Numbered from the stretch's first letter, positions 8,849 to 24,831 are shown. The stretch is DNA of 64,000 nt from an uncultured Spirochaetota bacterium (GCA_963734495.1 CAVTHK010000013.1:224001-288000); one strand, 5' to 3'. Program-made: numbers and translations. Notes: a model not told the origin generated them from the letters alone.

Positions 8849-8983
8849 AAAAAAAGAGAGAGGGGAAAGGCAAAAAAGCGGGGGTAGTAACACTACCCCC
8901 ATTTGCTGCAGCAAGGGAAACCGGGCAAGGAAAGGAGGTGAAACTTGCCCGCAGGGGAAAACCTTCAGGCTCCCCTCTCTCTT
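8849..8983 (-). ncRNA. Candidate structured sRNA with an anti-SD loop
   Basis: 13-bp closing stem plus U-tail and two internal perfect hairpins; one loop reads UUUCACCUCCUUUC. Confidence 0.6.
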
Positions 8984-9016
8984 CAACTGGACAAACAACC
9001 GAGTGATGGGAAGGTT

Positions 9017-9067
9017 ACAAAAGGAAAGGGCCGCGCCCTCCGACGGTCGGTCGAGAGGGTGCGGCCC
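9017..9067 (-). terminator. Terminator of 9092-9787
   Basis: GGGCCGCGCCCTC...GAGGGTGCGGCCC stem, followed by TTTCCTTTTG on the minus strand. Confidence 0.75.
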
Positions 9068-9091
9068 CGCGTCCGCGGAAGCAGGGTTCGC

Positions 9092-9787
9092 TTACTCCAG
9101 CTTGGTGACCTTCAAATTGTCAAACGCGACCGCCAGGCTGTTGGTCCTCAACCCGATGTACTTGCCCGACTTGAGGGGGATGTCCGCCTTGAAGCGGTAG
9201 AAGAAGTTCAGGTCGAGCGGATCGTAGACCCGGATCTCCCCGGCATTGGTGTCGACGACGATCTTGACCGGAATCGTGATATTGAAAGCCTCGGGTCTCA
9301 TGTAGCTCGCCGGCAGCGGCAGGTTGTTGCCCGCCTTCATGATGTCACGCGGCGGGTACAGCCCCATCTGCGTGGGTCCCGTGCTCGCGTAGGCCTGGGC
9401 GAAGACGCCCGGCCCGTAGGCCGCTTTGTCCCAGGTGAGCCACAGCAGGCCCGAAGTCCCATCGCCCCAGCTGCGCCCCTTGCTCGGGTCCGAGGCCATG
9501 ATGTGGAAGCCGAACCCGCCGTAGTCGTCCTGGAAGCCGTCGACGTACTGGATGTCGAACTCGTACTGCATGACGCCCGACTGCTCGCAGGGGATGTTCA
9601 GGACCGACATCGTTTCCTTGGTGTCGGTCTGGTAGAGTTTGCCATCCTTGATCTGCCAATTGCCGGCCGCCACTATCCAGCCCGCGGGGAGCGGCCCGCT
9701 CGAGAAGCTGTTGATCAGCACGGTCTGACCCGAAACCATGCCGGCTGCCAGCAGGAAGGCCAATAGCCATACGAAGAGCCTTTTCAT
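9092..9787 (-). CDS. Secreted beta-sandwich (ConA-like/DUF1080-like) protein
   Basis: Signal peptide, GNWQIKDGKLYQ, GKYIGLRT...FDNLKVT. GGAGG SD. Confidence 0.7.
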   Translation of the reverse strand: MKRLFVWLLAFLLAAGMVSGQTVLINSFSSGPLPAGWIVAAGNWQIKDGKLYQTDTKETMSVLNIPCEQSGVMQYEFDIQYVDGFQDDYGGFGFHIMASDPSKGRSWGDGTSGLLWLTWDKAAYGPGVFAQAYASTGPTQMGLYPPRDIMKAGNNLPLPASYMRPEAFNITIPVKIVVDTNAGEIRVYDPLDLNFFYRFKADIPLKSGKYIGLRTNSLAVAFDNLKVTKLE

Positions 9788-9853
9788 CGATCCATCCTCC
9801 CGTCCGACTGAGTTGGTTTATCCTGAATCCGGGTCATTATGGACCCGCCATTT

Positions 9854-10459
9854 TCAGCCGTCAAGTTTTTTTTGCTTGTGGAGCAAGCCGATCAGGTAGG
9901 TCTCGGTCGATGCCTTGCGGCTCGCGGGGGGCTTGAACGCCCGGGCCTTCTCGTAGCTCCCTCTCATCAGGTCGAGAAGCCGCCGCTCCTCGCCTCCCTG
10001 CAGGATCTTCACCACCAGGTGGCCGCCCGGGGCGAGATGCGAGTCGGCGAGCTCGATCGCCCGCTCGGCGAGCGCCGCGGACGACGCCACGTCGGAGAGC
10101 CGCGTGCCGGTCGTCGACGGCGCCGCGTCGCTCAGCACCGTGTCGAACGGGCCGCGTTCCGCGAGCTGCGGACCGAGCGCGGAGGCGAGGATGTCGCCCT
10201 TGAGAAATGTCAGGCGGGCACCTCCTTCGCGCGTGACCGACGGGTCGAGATCCTGGAGGTCCACCGCCGTCACCGTCGCGGACCACTGCGTGAGCACGTA
10301 GCGGCACCAGCTTCCGGGCGCGGCCCCCAGGTCCAGCACGCGGCCCCCGCGCCGCACCACCGCAAATCGTCTCTGGATCTCCTCGAGCTTGAACACCGAT
10401 CGCGCCGGATAGCCGGCCTCGCGCGCCTTGCGCGTGTAGTGGTCCGCCCAACGGTTCAT
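9854..10459 (-). CDS. rlmE: 23S rRNA Um2552 methyltransferase RlmE/FtsJ
   Basis: DHYTRKAREAGYPARSVFKL, VLDLGAAPGSW, LSDAAP, KPPASR..STETY. Alternative start at 10471. Confidence 0.93.
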   Translation of the reverse strand: MNRWADHYTRKAREAGYPARSVFKLEEIQRRFAVVRRGGRVLDLGAAPGSWCRYVLTQWSATVTAVDLQDLDPSVTREGGARLTFLKGDILASALGPQLAERGPFDTVLSDAAPSTTGTRLSDVASSAALAERAIELADSHLAPGGHLVVKILQGGEERRLLDLMRGSYEKARAFKPPASRKASTETYLIGLLHKQKKLDG

Positions 10460-10579
10460 ATCGCCCATCATACACGTGCGGGCCGCGGCCGCAAACGGCA
10501 GCGGGCCGCTCCGGCCTTTCCGGGGCGCGTCGGGTGCGATTGTTGACAGGTGCGCGGCGCGGGCCGTACTTTAGAACAA

Positions 10580-11191
10580 ATGAACCGTGTCCGCAGGCCG
10601 TTGCCCTACCATTTCTACAATGCGACTCTCGGGCTCGTCATCGCGTGCGTCGTGGTGTTTCTCCTGACGATGACGTCGCGCAGCGCGTTCGCCTACCTCA
10701 GCCTGATCCCGCAGCTCGTGACGCAGGCGGGGTACGTCTGGCAGCTCGTGACGTACATGTTCGTGCATGCGAGCTTCGGCCACATCCTGTTCAACATGCT
10801 CGGCCTGTACATGTTCGGGATCCCGCTCGAGCGCGAGATGGGCAGCTCGGAGTTCCTGGTCTACTACTTCACCACCGGGATCGGCGTCGGCATCGTCTGC
10901 TTGCTGCTCGGGATCAACGTCGTTGGTGCTTCGGGCGCGATCTACGCGCTGCTGCTCGGCTTTGCCACTTACTTCCCGCACTCGCGGATCTTTCTCTTCG
11001 GGCTCCTGCCCCTGCAGGCGCCCATCGCGGTCCTCGTGTTCGCCGCGATGTCCGTCTTCTTCCAGTTCACGGGCCTGCAGGGCGGCGTTGCGCACTTCGC
11101 CCACCTGGCCGGCATCGGGTTCGGTTACCTGTATTTCCTCCTTCGCCTCCGCATCAACCCGGTCCGCGTGTTTCTCGAGCAAAGCCGCTGA
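10580..11191 (+). CDS. Rhomboid family intramembrane serine protease
   Basis: WQLVTYMFVHASFGHILFNM, GASGA, AHFAHLAG. Confidence 0.92.
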   Translation: MNRVRRPLPYHFYNATLGLVIACVVVFLLTMTSRSAFAYLSLIPQLVTQAGYVWQLVTYMFVHASFGHILFNMLGLYMFGIPLEREMGSSEFLVYYFTTGIGVGIVCLLLGINVVGASGAIYALLLGFATYFPHSRIFLFGLLPLQAPIAVLVFAAMSVFFQFTGLQGGVAHFAHLAGIGFGYLYFLLRLRINPVRVFLEQSR

Positions 11192-11225
11192 GCGCTCGCG
11201 CTCCCCGCCTGCCGATAATCGAAGC

Positions 11226-11885
11226 GTGAGTCGATGGATCAGGCCTCTCGCCGTCCTGCTGGCGCTGCTCGCGGCGGCGCCGGCGGGCGCCTCGGGTCCC
11301 CTGCTCGAGGTCCCGGTCTGGACCGAGATCGAGCCCCCGCTCTCCATTGTTCCCGAGTCCCCGGAAGCGCTCCGCCTGCGCCTGCTCGAGCAGGCCCGCG
11401 CCGTCATCGGCGCGATGATCTACGGCTACCGATTCGTCTACACGCCGTCCGACCGGGCGCGCGGCGTTGCCGACAGGTTCGAGATCACGCCTCTCGGCGA
11501 GGTCCGGTGGGGCGACCCGCGCCTCTCCGTGGCGTGGCTCCTCAGGCAGAAGGACCGGGTATCGGGCCGGATCGCCTACGAGCTCGCCGATTTCCAGAGC
11601 GCCCGGCGCCGCGCCTGGGGCACGAACACGCTCCCGACCGCCACCGGCCGCGGCGAGCAGTCGCTGTTTGCGGGACCGGATGCGCGCCAGGAGTCCCTCA
11701 CGCGGGCGATCGAGCAGGCCATCCGCGACTACGCCCGCGGCCGGATGGATAACAAGCCGCGCGAGCTCAGGGGCGAGGTGGTGATCTGGGAGCCGCCGTA
11801 CACGGTGTTCGGCGCCGGCACCTACCTGACCACCGTCAAGGTGAAGCTCAGGATAGAGGAAGCGGTCCCATACCGGGTGTTCTGA
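11226..11885 (+). CDS. Exported conserved hypothetical protein
   Basis: Signal peptide, MIYGYRFVYTPSDRARGV; resembles spirochaete hypotheticals found next to rhomboid genes. Confidence 0.7.
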   Translation: MSRWIRPLAVLLALLAAAPAGASGPLLEVPVWTEIEPPLSIVPESPEALRLRLLEQARAVIGAMIYGYRFVYTPSDRARGVADRFEITPLGEVRWGDPRLSVAWLLRQKDRVSGRIAYELADFQSARRRAWGTNTLPTATGRGEQSLFAGPDARQESLTRAIEQAIRDYARGRMDNKPRELRGEVVIWEPPYTVFGAGTYLTTVKVKLRIEEAVPYRVF

Positions 11886-12030
11886 ACGCCGCGGCCCGTC
11901 GCGGCGGGACGGCCGCCGCCGGCTGCTGCGCGCCGGCAGTTGTGCGTCCCGCCCCACCGCTGCGCGTTTCGAGCACGCCGCGTTCTCGAGGCAGCCCCCT
12001 TCCTTCGTTGGCGTTCTCTGGCTCGCGCAA

Positions 12031-12089
12031 CCGTCGTTCCCGTTCCCGTCGTTCCCGTTCTTGACGATCGGGCGGGGAGCGTATACGGT
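12031..12089 (+). promoter_or_regulatory. purA promoter with an abutting 15-bp tandem duplication
   Basis: (CCGTCGTTCCCGTTC)x2, then TTGACG-N17-TACGGT. Confidence 0.5.
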
Positions 12090-12150
12090 GGCCGTTGGTT
12101 CGAGCAGCGCGGGCCTCTTGAGATCCCTCCGCACCGAGGAGAAGTCGTAA

Positions 12151-13428
12151 TTGAAAGTCACCGCAATCGTCGGCGCCAACTGGGGTGATGAGGGAAAGGG
12201 CAAGATCACCGACTACCTCGCCTCGGAATCCTCCTTCGTGGTCCGTTTCCAGGGTGGGAAGAACGCCGGCCACACGATCATCAACGAGTACGGGAAGTTC
12301 GCGCTGCACCTGCTGCCTTCGGGAGTCTTCTACCCGAACGTGACCAACGTCCTCGGCCCCGGAATCGCGCTCGACGTCGAGGCCTTCCTCAAGGAACGCG
12401 AGGAGCTCCTGCGCCGGGGCGTTCCCGAGCCCAAGCTCAGGGTTTCCGACCGCGCCCAGGTGGTGATGCCGTACCACATCCTGTTCGACAAGTACGAAGA
12501 AGAACGGCTCGCCGACCGCAAGTTCGGCTCGACCCGGAGCGGCATCGCGCCTTTCTACGCCGACAAGTACCTCAAGATCGGCATCCAGACCGCGGACCTC
12601 TTCGACGAGGCGCGCCTGCGCGCCCGGCTCGAAACCGCGCTGCCGGTCAAGAACGCGCTGCTCGAGCACCTGTATCACCAGCCGCTCATCGAACTGAAGA
12701 CCCTGCTCGCGCAGCTCCTCGAATGGGGACGGGGGATCAAGCCGTTCCTCTGCGACACCACCGACCTTCTGCTCGGCGGCCTCGCGCGCGGGGAGCACGT
12801 CCTCCTCGAGGGCCAGCTGGGCGCACTGCGCGATCCGGACCATGGCATCTACCCCTACCCCACCTCCTCGTCGACGCTGGCGGGGTTCGGCGCCGTCGGC
12901 GCCGGGGTGCCGCCTCACGCCATCGAGCGTGTGATCGCGGTCACCAAGTCGTACTCCACCTGTGTCGGCGAGGGCCCGTTCGTGACCGAGATCTTCGGGG
13001 AGCAGGCGACGGAGCTGCGCAACCGCGGGGGCGACGCCGGCGAGTACGGCGCCACGACCGGCCGTCCGCGGAGGATGGGCTGGTTCGACGCGGTCGCGAC
13101 CCGCTACGGATGCCGCGTGCAGGGGGCCACCGAGGTCGCCCTGACGATGCTCGACGTGCTCGGGTACATGGAGTCGATCCCCATCTGCACGTCGTACAGG
13201 ATCGACGGGCGCGCCACCAACCGTTTCCCGGTGCCGGCCGAGCTGGACAGGGCCGAGCCGGTCCTGGAGCAGATGAAGGGCTGGAGGCAGGACGTCAGCG
13301 GCGTGCGGCGCTTCGAGGACCTCCCCGGCGAGGCTCGCGACTACGTGGCCACTCTGGAGCAGCTCATCGAGACTCCGATCCGATGGATCTCGGTGGGACC
13401 GAGGCGCGACGCGATCATCAGGAAGTAG
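12151..13428 (+). CDS. purA: Adenylosuccinate synthetase
   Basis: WGDEGKGK, FQGGKNAGHT, EYGATTGRPRR. TTG start with a GAGGAG SD. Confidence 0.97.
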   Translation: MKVTAIVGANWGDEGKGKITDYLASESSFVVRFQGGKNAGHTIINEYGKFALHLLPSGVFYPNVTNVLGPGIALDVEAFLKEREELLRRGVPEPKLRVSDRAQVVMPYHILFDKYEEERLADRKFGSTRSGIAPFYADKYLKIGIQTADLFDEARLRARLETALPVKNALLEHLYHQPLIELKTLLAQLLEWGRGIKPFLCDTTDLLLGGLARGEHVLLEGQLGALRDPDHGIYPYPTSSSTLAGFGAVGAGVPPHAIERVIAVTKSYSTCVGEGPFVTEIFGEQATELRNRGGDAGEYGATTGRPRRMGWFDAVATRYGCRVQGATEVALTMLDVLGYMESIPICTSYRIDGRATNRFPVPAELDRAEPVLEQMKGWRQDVSGVRRFEDLPGEARDYVATLEQLIETPIRWISVGPRRDAIIRK

Positions 13429-13434
13429 GCATCG

Positions 13435-14718
13435 ATGGCCAACGGCTCCCGCAACGGCAGGAACGGTCACCAGACCAGGCTCGAGCGCTTCCAGGACGTC
13501 AAGCCGGTCAGCCGGCTGGCCTATGCGCTCATGGTGGTTCCTGTCCGTCCCCTGGTGCTCAAGATCTTCCGAATCCGCGTGGTCAACCGGGAGGTGGCGC
13601 CCTACAACAAGCCGGCGATCGTGCTCTGCAACCACGTGGCGCTCTTCGACCCGATCTGGCTCTACGCGGCCGTGCGCGGGTCGATCCACTTCGTCACCAC
13701 GGAGGACGTCTTCCGAAGGCCCATCATCGGGCTGCTGCTCCACCTCCTCGGCTGCTTTCCCAAACGCAAGGCGGTCCAGGACTTCAGCTCCCTCAAGAAC
13801 ATCATCCGCGTGCTCAAAAAGGGGCGCCCCATCGCCGTCTTCCCGGAGGGCATCCGCACGTGGGACGGGCTGCTCGCTCCGATCGCGCCCGGCGTCGCGA
13901 CCCTGATTCAGAAGATGAAGGTCCCGGTCATCACCTGCCGCCAGGAAGGGGCGTACGTGAGCCATCCGCGGTGGGCGCGCAGGTGGCGACAGTATCCGGT
14001 GACCTTCACCTTCAAGAAGCTCTACGAGCCGGAGACGATCCCGGACGACACCGAGCGGATCCTCGACGACATCCGCAAAGGGATCACGGTCGACGACTAC
14101 TCGCTGCCCGTGGACGAGACCCGCTACCGGCGCAGCGGCCTCGCGGTCGACGTGACGAGGCTGCTCTACCGCTGCCCCGTCTGCCGGACCTATGAGGGAC
14201 TGAAGGTCGTGCGGCCGCACGGATCCAACCGCATCGAGTGCGTGAGCTGCTTCTCCTCCTGGCGCCTCTCGGTCTCCAATCACCTGATCCCGCTCGACGA
14301 AAGCGGCCGGGCCCTCGACGAGCGGATCCCGCTGCACGCGGTCTACCGCCAGATCCGGGAGTTCCCGCTCGTGCCGCAGGCGGGCAGCAGGCTCCTCCGC
14401 CTGCAGCCCGGGGAGACGCTGTACCTCAGGAGCCGTCCCCACTTCCTCAGGCGCGAGGACGTGTTCCCGCGCATACGCACGCTGTCCATAGGCAGGATCT
14501 ACCTGACGGACCGGCGCCTGATCTTCCGCAACCGCTACCGCCTGATCCTCGACGCCCCCCTCGGCGACATCAAGGGGCTCTCGACGGAGGCCGGCAACCG
14601 CTTCAACTTCGTGTACGGCGGCAGAGTGTACAACGTGATGTTCCGCTACGAGAGCATCCTCAAGTGGTTCGACACGATCAGCCGCCTCTCGGGCGCCTCG
14701 GTCCCCGGCATCATTTAG
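13435..14718 (+). CDS. PlsC-type lysophospholipid acyltransferase with a C-terminal extension
   Basis: NHVALFD (HxxxxD) and FPEG motifs; later CPVC...CVSC. Confidence 0.88.
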   Translation: MANGSRNGRNGHQTRLERFQDVKPVSRLAYALMVVPVRPLVLKIFRIRVVNREVAPYNKPAIVLCNHVALFDPIWLYAAVRGSIHFVTTEDVFRRPIIGLLLHLLGCFPKRKAVQDFSSLKNIIRVLKKGRPIAVFPEGIRTWDGLLAPIAPGVATLIQKMKVPVITCRQEGAYVSHPRWARRWRQYPVTFTFKKLYEPETIPDDTERILDDIRKGITVDDYSLPVDETRYRRSGLAVDVTRLLYRCPVCRTYEGLKVVRPHGSNRIECVSCFSSWRLSVSNHLIPLDESGRALDERIPLHAVYRQIREFPLVPQAGSRLLRLQPGETLYLRSRPHFLRREDVFPRIRTLSIGRIYLTDRRLIFRNRYRLILDAPLGDIKGLSTEAGNRFNFVYGGRVYNVMFRYESILKWFDTISRLSGASVPGII

Positions 14719-14813
14719 GAGCCCGAGCCGCCCTGCTCCGGCTTGCGCGGCGCGGAGACCAGCGCCTACAATCGGAAGGGTGCGCGGCGCCGGCGGCGCG
14801 CACGGAGGGGCTC

Positions 14814-17469
<2,656 letters not shown>

Positions 17470-17563
17470 AGGCCGGGGCGCGGGGCCCGGCGACGCGGGG
17501 CCCGCCGACCCGGCGCGGAGCCCTCGTGTTATATTCGCGCCCGGGAGGAGACGGGAGGAGACG

Positions 17564-18368
17564 ATGGAGCTGAACCTCTCGGGACGGAACGCGATCGTCA
17601 CCGGCGGGTCCGCCGGCATCGGGCTGGCCTGCGCGCGCGCCCTCGCTGCCGAGGGAGTCAGCGTGGCCATCGCAGCCCGCGACCCCCAACGGCTCGCCCG
17701 CGCCGCCGCGGAGGTCGAAGCCGCAGCACGCGCGCGGCGCGAGGGCGCTCGCGATCGCAGCCGACCTGAGCGTCGCCGACGACGTCGAACGCATCGTAAA
17801 GACCGCGAGCGAACGCCTCGGGCCGGTCACCGTCCTGATCAACAACGCCGGCTCCGCGGTCGCCGGGCGCTTTCTGGAGCTGGCGGACCAGGCGTTTCTC
17901 GATGCGTGGAACCTGAAGCTGCTGGGATACATCCGCATGGTCCGGGCGCTGGTGCCCTCCATGGCCGCGCGCCGCGACGGCCGCATCGTCAACATCATAG
18001 GCGGGGCGGCGCGCAGCCCTTCACCTTCATTCCTTCCGGGCGGCACGGCCAACGCCGCGCTGCTGAACTTTACGCGCGGCATCGCCGCCGAGCTCGCCCG
18101 CCAGGGCATCCGCATCAACGCGATCTCGCCGGGCTCCACGGCGACCGAGCGCGCGGAGCGCCTCGCGGCGCAGACCGCGGCGGCCCGCGGCGTCAGCGTC
18201 GACGAGGAGCGCGCCGAGCGCGCGAAGGAGATGCCGATCGGACGGCTCGTCGCCCCCGAGGAGATCGCGGCGATGGCGGTGTTCCTCGTCTCGGACCTGG
18301 CCGGCGCGATCGCAGGGGCCGAGGTGGTGATCGACGGCGGGCGCTCCGCGGGCGCCGCGGGCCGGTAG
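17564..18368 (+). CDS. SDR family oxidoreductase (frameshift near 17730)
   Basis: [23 protein letters not shown]. The SD region is duplicated (CGGGAGGAGA x2). Confidence 0.88.
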
Positions 18369-18417
18369 CGCCGCGTCTGTGGACGGCGGGCCCGCCCGCG
18401 TGTATCTTGAGGCGCAC

Positions 18418-19071
18418 GTGATCCGCTGCCTCGTGCTCGACCACGACGACACGGCCGTCGACAGCACGGCCACCATCCACTACCCCGCGCACCGCGAATG
18501 CATGGCTCGCCTGAGGCCGGCCCTCGAGCCGGTGACGCTCGAGCAGTGGTACCTCAAGAACTTCGATCCCGGGATCGCGCACTACCTCGAAGAGGATCTC
18601 GGCATGAGCCGCGAGGAGCTCGAGACCGAGCTTGCGATCTGGCGCAGCCACACGGCCGCGAGGGAGCCGCACTTCTACCCCGGCATCGTCGACGTGCTGC
18701 GCGCCTTCCGCACGCGGGGCGGCCTGGTCGCCGTCGTCTCGCACTCGGAGGCGGCCACGATCGAGCGCCACTACCGCGCCGCGGGCTTCATGCCGGACGA
18801 CGTCTACGGCTGGGTCGACGACGCGGACAAGCGCAAGCCGAGCCCCTGGCCCGTCGACCGCATCCGCGAGCGCCACGGCCTCGCGCCCGGCGAAGTCGTG
18901 GTCGTCGACGACCTCAAGCCCGGGGTCCTGATGGCCGCGAGAGCAGGAGTCCGCGCGGCGGCCGCCGGCTGGGCCCACAGCATCCCGCAGATCGAGGCCT
19001 GGATGCGCGAGCACTGCGAGGCCTACCTCGCCACGGTCGGGGACCTCGAGCGCTTTCTCCTCGGAAGCTGA
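18418..19071 (+). CDS. HAD family hydrolase
   Basis: LVLDHDDT, KPSP, VVDD. Confidence 0.85.
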   Translation: MIRCLVLDHDDTAVDSTATIHYPAHRECMARLRPALEPVTLEQWYLKNFDPGIAHYLEEDLGMSREELETELAIWRSHTAAREPHFYPGIVDVLRAFRTRGGLVAVVSHSEAATIERHYRAAGFMPDDVYGWVDDADKRKPSPWPVDRIRERHGLAPGEVVVVDDLKPGVLMAARAGVRAAAAGWAHSIPQIEAWMREHCEAYLATVGDLERFLLGS

Positions 19072-19137
19072 CTTGAAATTTGAAGGCACCCGCGCCGCGA
19101 CTCGCGCGGCTTCGGGCGCCAGCGCGCCCGCGGCGGG

Positions 19138-19857
19138 TCAGAGCGCGAGGAGCGCCGCCGCTTCGGCCGTCCACAGCCCGCGCAGGGTCTCGACCTGCAG
19201 CGCCTCGGCGAGCTCCGCGACGAAGCGCCTGCGGGACATCTGCACCGCGCCGAGGCTCGCCAGGTGCCGCGTCGGGGCCTGGCAGTCGATCATGGCGAAG
19301 CCCTTGGCCCTGACCCACTCCACGAGATGGAAGAGCGCCACCTTGGACGCGTTGGGCTCGAGCGAGAACATCGACTCGCCGCAGAAGACGCGGCCGAGCG
19401 ACAGGCCGTACAGGCCCCCGACCAGCGCGCCGTCGCGCGAGACCGAGACGCTGTGCACGTAGCCGGCCTCGTGGAGTCGCGTGTAGGCCTCGACGAACTT
19501 CGGCGTGATCCAGGTGCCTTCCTGGCCCGGCCGCGGCACCGACGAGCAGCCTCGGATCACGCCCGCGAAGTCGACGTCGAAGGCAACGCGGAAGCGCCGC
19601 TGGCGGACCACCCGCTGGAGCCGCTCGGTCGCGCGGTAGTCCTCGGGATAGAGCACCATCCGCGGGTCGGGCGAAAACCACATGAGGGGCGGCTGATCGA
19701 ACCAGGGGAAGATGCCGCGCGAGTAGGCCTCCAGCAGCACCGGCTCGCTCAGGTCGCCGCCGATCGCGACCAGGCCGTGCCGGTCCGGCCGCAGGTTAGC
19801 GGGAAAGAAGGGCGGGCTCGCGGGATCGACAATATGGGGCAGGACGTACAGCCGCAT
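19138..19857 (-). CDS. aat: Leucyl/phenylalanyl-tRNA--protein transferase
   Basis: [41 protein letters not shown]. Confidence 0.95.
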   Translation of the reverse strand: MRLYVLPHIVDPASPPFFPANLRPDRHGLVAIGGDLSEPVLLEAYSRGIFPWFDQPPLMWFSPDPRMVLYPEDYRATERLQRVVRQRRFRVAFDVDFAGVIRGCSSVPRPGQEGTWITPKFVEAYTRLHEAGYVHSVSVSRDGALVGGLYGLSLGRVFCGESMFSLEPNASKVALFHLVEWVRAKGFAMIDCQAPTRHLASLGAVQMSRRRFVAELAEALQVETLRGLWTAEAAALLAL

Positions 19858-19903
19858 TCCCTCGCACCCGTCCGCGCGGCCGCGGCCGCCGGAGCGAAGC
19901 CCG

Positions 19904-20617
19904 CTACCGGCTGTCGCGCCGCTTGACCATCTCGGACCGCCAGGCGCGCAGCTCGGCCATCGTGGGCCGCACGCCCGACTTGATCCGCTCGCGCAGCCGC
20001 TCGAGCATCGGCTCCTCGGCGCGCTGGACCGCGCGGCACGCGTCGGCCAGCTCGGCGGCGGCCGCGCCGCGGGATCAGCAGCGCCCCGTGCTGGTCGGCG
20101 AACAGCAGGTCGCCGGGCCGCACGACGAGGCCGCCGACGGTCACCGGGCAGGCCGCGGCCTCGATGTGCACGTTGGCGTGCGACACGAGCACGCAGCGCG
20201 CCAGGTAGCCGAAGCCGAGCGCCGCCACCTCGTCGAGGTCGCGCACGCCGCCGCTGGTGATCGTGCCGATGCAGCCGAGGGCGAGGTGAGTGGTCACCTG
20301 CACCTCGCCCCAGAACGAGCCCACGGGGTCGGCGTCGAGGTCCTCGATGACCGCGATGGTCGGGCCCTCGGCGGAGCGGACGTGCTCGTAGTAGGCAAAG
20401 GAGAGCTCCTTCTGCTCGTCGGTCGGCAGCGTGGAGGCGCGGATCTTTGCCGTGACCGCGTAGCCGACGAACGGCCGCTCCGGCTTGAGCACCGCGCGGA
20501 TCTCCGAGCGCATGAAGCCCTCGGCCTTGGGCCGCAGCCCGAAGCGCTGGATCGCGTTGCTGACGGTCGGCGAGTCGAACTGCCGCAGCTCCTCGAGCTG
20601 CGCCGTGCTGAGCTTTG

Positions 20618-20621
<4 letters not shown>
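19904..20621 (-). CDS. RraA/HMG aldolase family protein (frameshift near 20070)
   Basis: [42 protein letters not shown]. Confidence 0.85.
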
Positions 20622-23060
<2,439 letters not shown>

Positions 23061-23066
23061 GCGGCG

Positions 23067-23095
23067 ATAATAGCGGCGGGGATGGGGGATGACAA
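23067..23095 (-). promoter_or_regulatory. leuS promoter (leaderless arrangement)
   Basis: TTGTCA-N17-TATTAT-N6-ATG, no SD. Confidence 0.65.
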
Positions 23096-23165
23096 CCCGC
23101 AGGGACCCTGCTATGATCCGGCCTTCCGCGCGGGGGCTGTACCAGGCCTCCCGCGGCGGCAACCC

Positions 23166-24206
23166 ATGACCCCTGTCGAACGTTTTCACAGGACCGCACG
23201 TTTTGAGCCCGTAGACCGCCTGCCGCTTATGGAGTGGGCGCCCTGGCGCGAGGACACCCTCAGCCGGTGGTACACCGAGGGGCTCCCTCGGGAGATCCAC
23301 GACGCGCGGGAAATCTGCGGGCAGCTCGGGCTCGACGGCCACAGGCGGCTGCGGCTCTTCGCGCGCGGCGCCGCCTGCCCGCCTCCCCCGCCTCACGGGG
23401 CGCTGGTCGACGGGGCAGACGCCTACCGCGCGCTCCGCGGCCACCTCTACCCGCGCCCGCGCCTGCGCACCCACCCGGCCGCGCCGGATCTCGGCGCCTG
23501 GGCCCGCGAGCACGAGGAGGGCGCGAGCCTCGTTTCCCTCACGCTCGACGGCTTCTGCTGGTACCCGCGAACCCTGCTCGGAGCCGAGCGTCACTTCTAC
23601 GCCTTTCACGACGACCCCGCCCTGCTGCACGCGATGAACGGCGATCTCGCCGACTACGTCGAGTGGGCGATCGACCAAGTGTGCCGCCTCGTGACGCCCG
23701 ACTTCGTCGTCTTCACCGAGGTCCTCGCCCACGGCCCGGGCCGGGTGATCTCTCGCGAGCTGTTCGACGAGTTCCTGGCGCCCTACTATCGCCGCGTGCT
23801 GCCCGCCCTCGCGGGCCGCGGGATCGTGACGCTGGTGGCCGCCGACGGCGAGCTTTCGACCGCGGCTCCCTGGTTCGAGGAGGTGGGCGTCGGCGGCGCC
23901 GCCACGCTGGAGCGGAGCGCGGGCGCGGACCCGCTCGCTCTCCGCGCCGCGCGCCCGCGCTTCCTGCTGATGGGGGGAGTGGACGCGAGCCTGCTGTGCC
24001 GCGGCGCAGAGATGCCGGGCCTGCAGGCGGAGCTCGAGCGGCTGCTCCCGGTCATGCGGTCCGGCGGCTTCTTCCCCTGCCTCGACTGCAGCGCGCCGGC
24101 CGCGATCTCCCTCGCACGGTACCGATCCTACGTGGCGCTCCTCGGAGGGTACTGCGGCCAGGCGGGCGCGGCGGATCCCGCCGCCGGGACCGTCGCCTCG
24201 CCGTAG
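23166..24206 (+). CDS. Uroporphyrinogen decarboxylase-like family protein
   Basis: MTPVERF...[34 protein letters not shown]. Confidence 0.8.
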   Translation: MTPVERFHRTARFEPVDRLPLMEWAPWREDTLSRWYTEGLPREIHDAREICGQLGLDGHRRLRLFARGAACPPPPPHGALVDGADAYRALRGHLYPRPRLRTHPAAPDLGAWAREHEEGASLVSLTLDGFCWYPRTLLGAERHFYAFHDDPALLHAMNGDLADYVEWAIDQVCRLVTPDFVVFTEVLAHGPGRVISRELFDEFLAPYYRRVLPALAGRGIVTLVAADGELSTAAPWFEEVGVGGAATLERSAGADPLALRAARPRFLLMGGVDASLLCRGAEMPGLQAELERLLPVMRSGGFFPCLDCSAPAAISLARYRSYVALLGGYCGQAGAADPAAGTVASP

Positions 24207-24238
24207 GCTCCGGCAGGCCGCCCGCGCCCGCGCAGGCC

Positions 24239-24673
24239 CTACCGCTTCTTCAGCGCGTCGCGGATCTCGGTGAGGATGCGCACCTCGTCGCTCGGCTTCG
24301 CCGGCGCGGCCGGCTTTGCCTCTTCCTTGCGCTTGAGCACGTTGATCCCCTTGATCAGGATGAACACCGAGAACGCCACGATCACGAAGCTCACGACTTT
24401 GTTGACGAACATGCCGTAGTTCAGTGTGACCGCTCCGGCCTGCTGCGCGACCGCGAGGCTCACGTAGGGTCCCGGCGTCGCTCCGGGTTTCAGCACGACG
24501 AACAGGTTCGAGAAGTCGATGTTCCCGAGCAGCAGCCCGATCGGCGGCATGATCACGTCGGCCACCAGCGACGACACGATCGCGCCGAAAGCGGCACCGA
24601 TGATGATGCCGACGGCCATGTCCACGACGTTTCCCTTGACGGCGAACTCCTTGAACTCCTTGACAAGACCCAT
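24239..24673 (-). CDS. mscL: Large-conductance mechanosensitive channel
   Basis: [31 protein letters not shown]. Confidence 0.97.
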   Translation of the reverse strand: MGLVKEFKEFAVKGNVVDMAVGIIIGAAFGAIVSSLVADVIMPPIGLLLGNIDFSNLFVVLKPGATPGPYVSLAVAQQAGAVTLNYGMFVNKVVSFVIVAFSVFILIKGINVLKRKEEAKPAAPAKPSDEVRILTEIRDALKKR

Positions 24674-24831
24674 GCAGCCCTCCGTTCTATTATTCGTTGC
24701 GCGCCCAGTCTACCACAGGCGGCCCGGGCGGGCGTAGGGCGAGCGAGCGAGGCTCGCCCCGCGCGGCCGCGCGTGCTTATCTTGGCTTGGAAGCCGCTTG
24801 TGGCGCGGCGCGCGCCCTGCAGGGGGTGGTC

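Noticed and set aside
8930-8943. 16S rRNA 3' end match suggesting an rRNA gene fragment
   Set aside because: Only about 12 nt match and the flanks show no rRNA similarity.
8945-9766. 273-aa + ORF preceded by a perfect AGGAGGTG
   Set aside because: It is an antisense shadow of 9092-9787 with a non-protein-like sequence. The motif is better explained as the complement of an anti-SD loop, given the minus-strand U-tail.
11886-12150. Purine or ZTP riboswitch upstream of purA
   Set aside because: No recognisable aptamer consensus, and the predicted leader is short.
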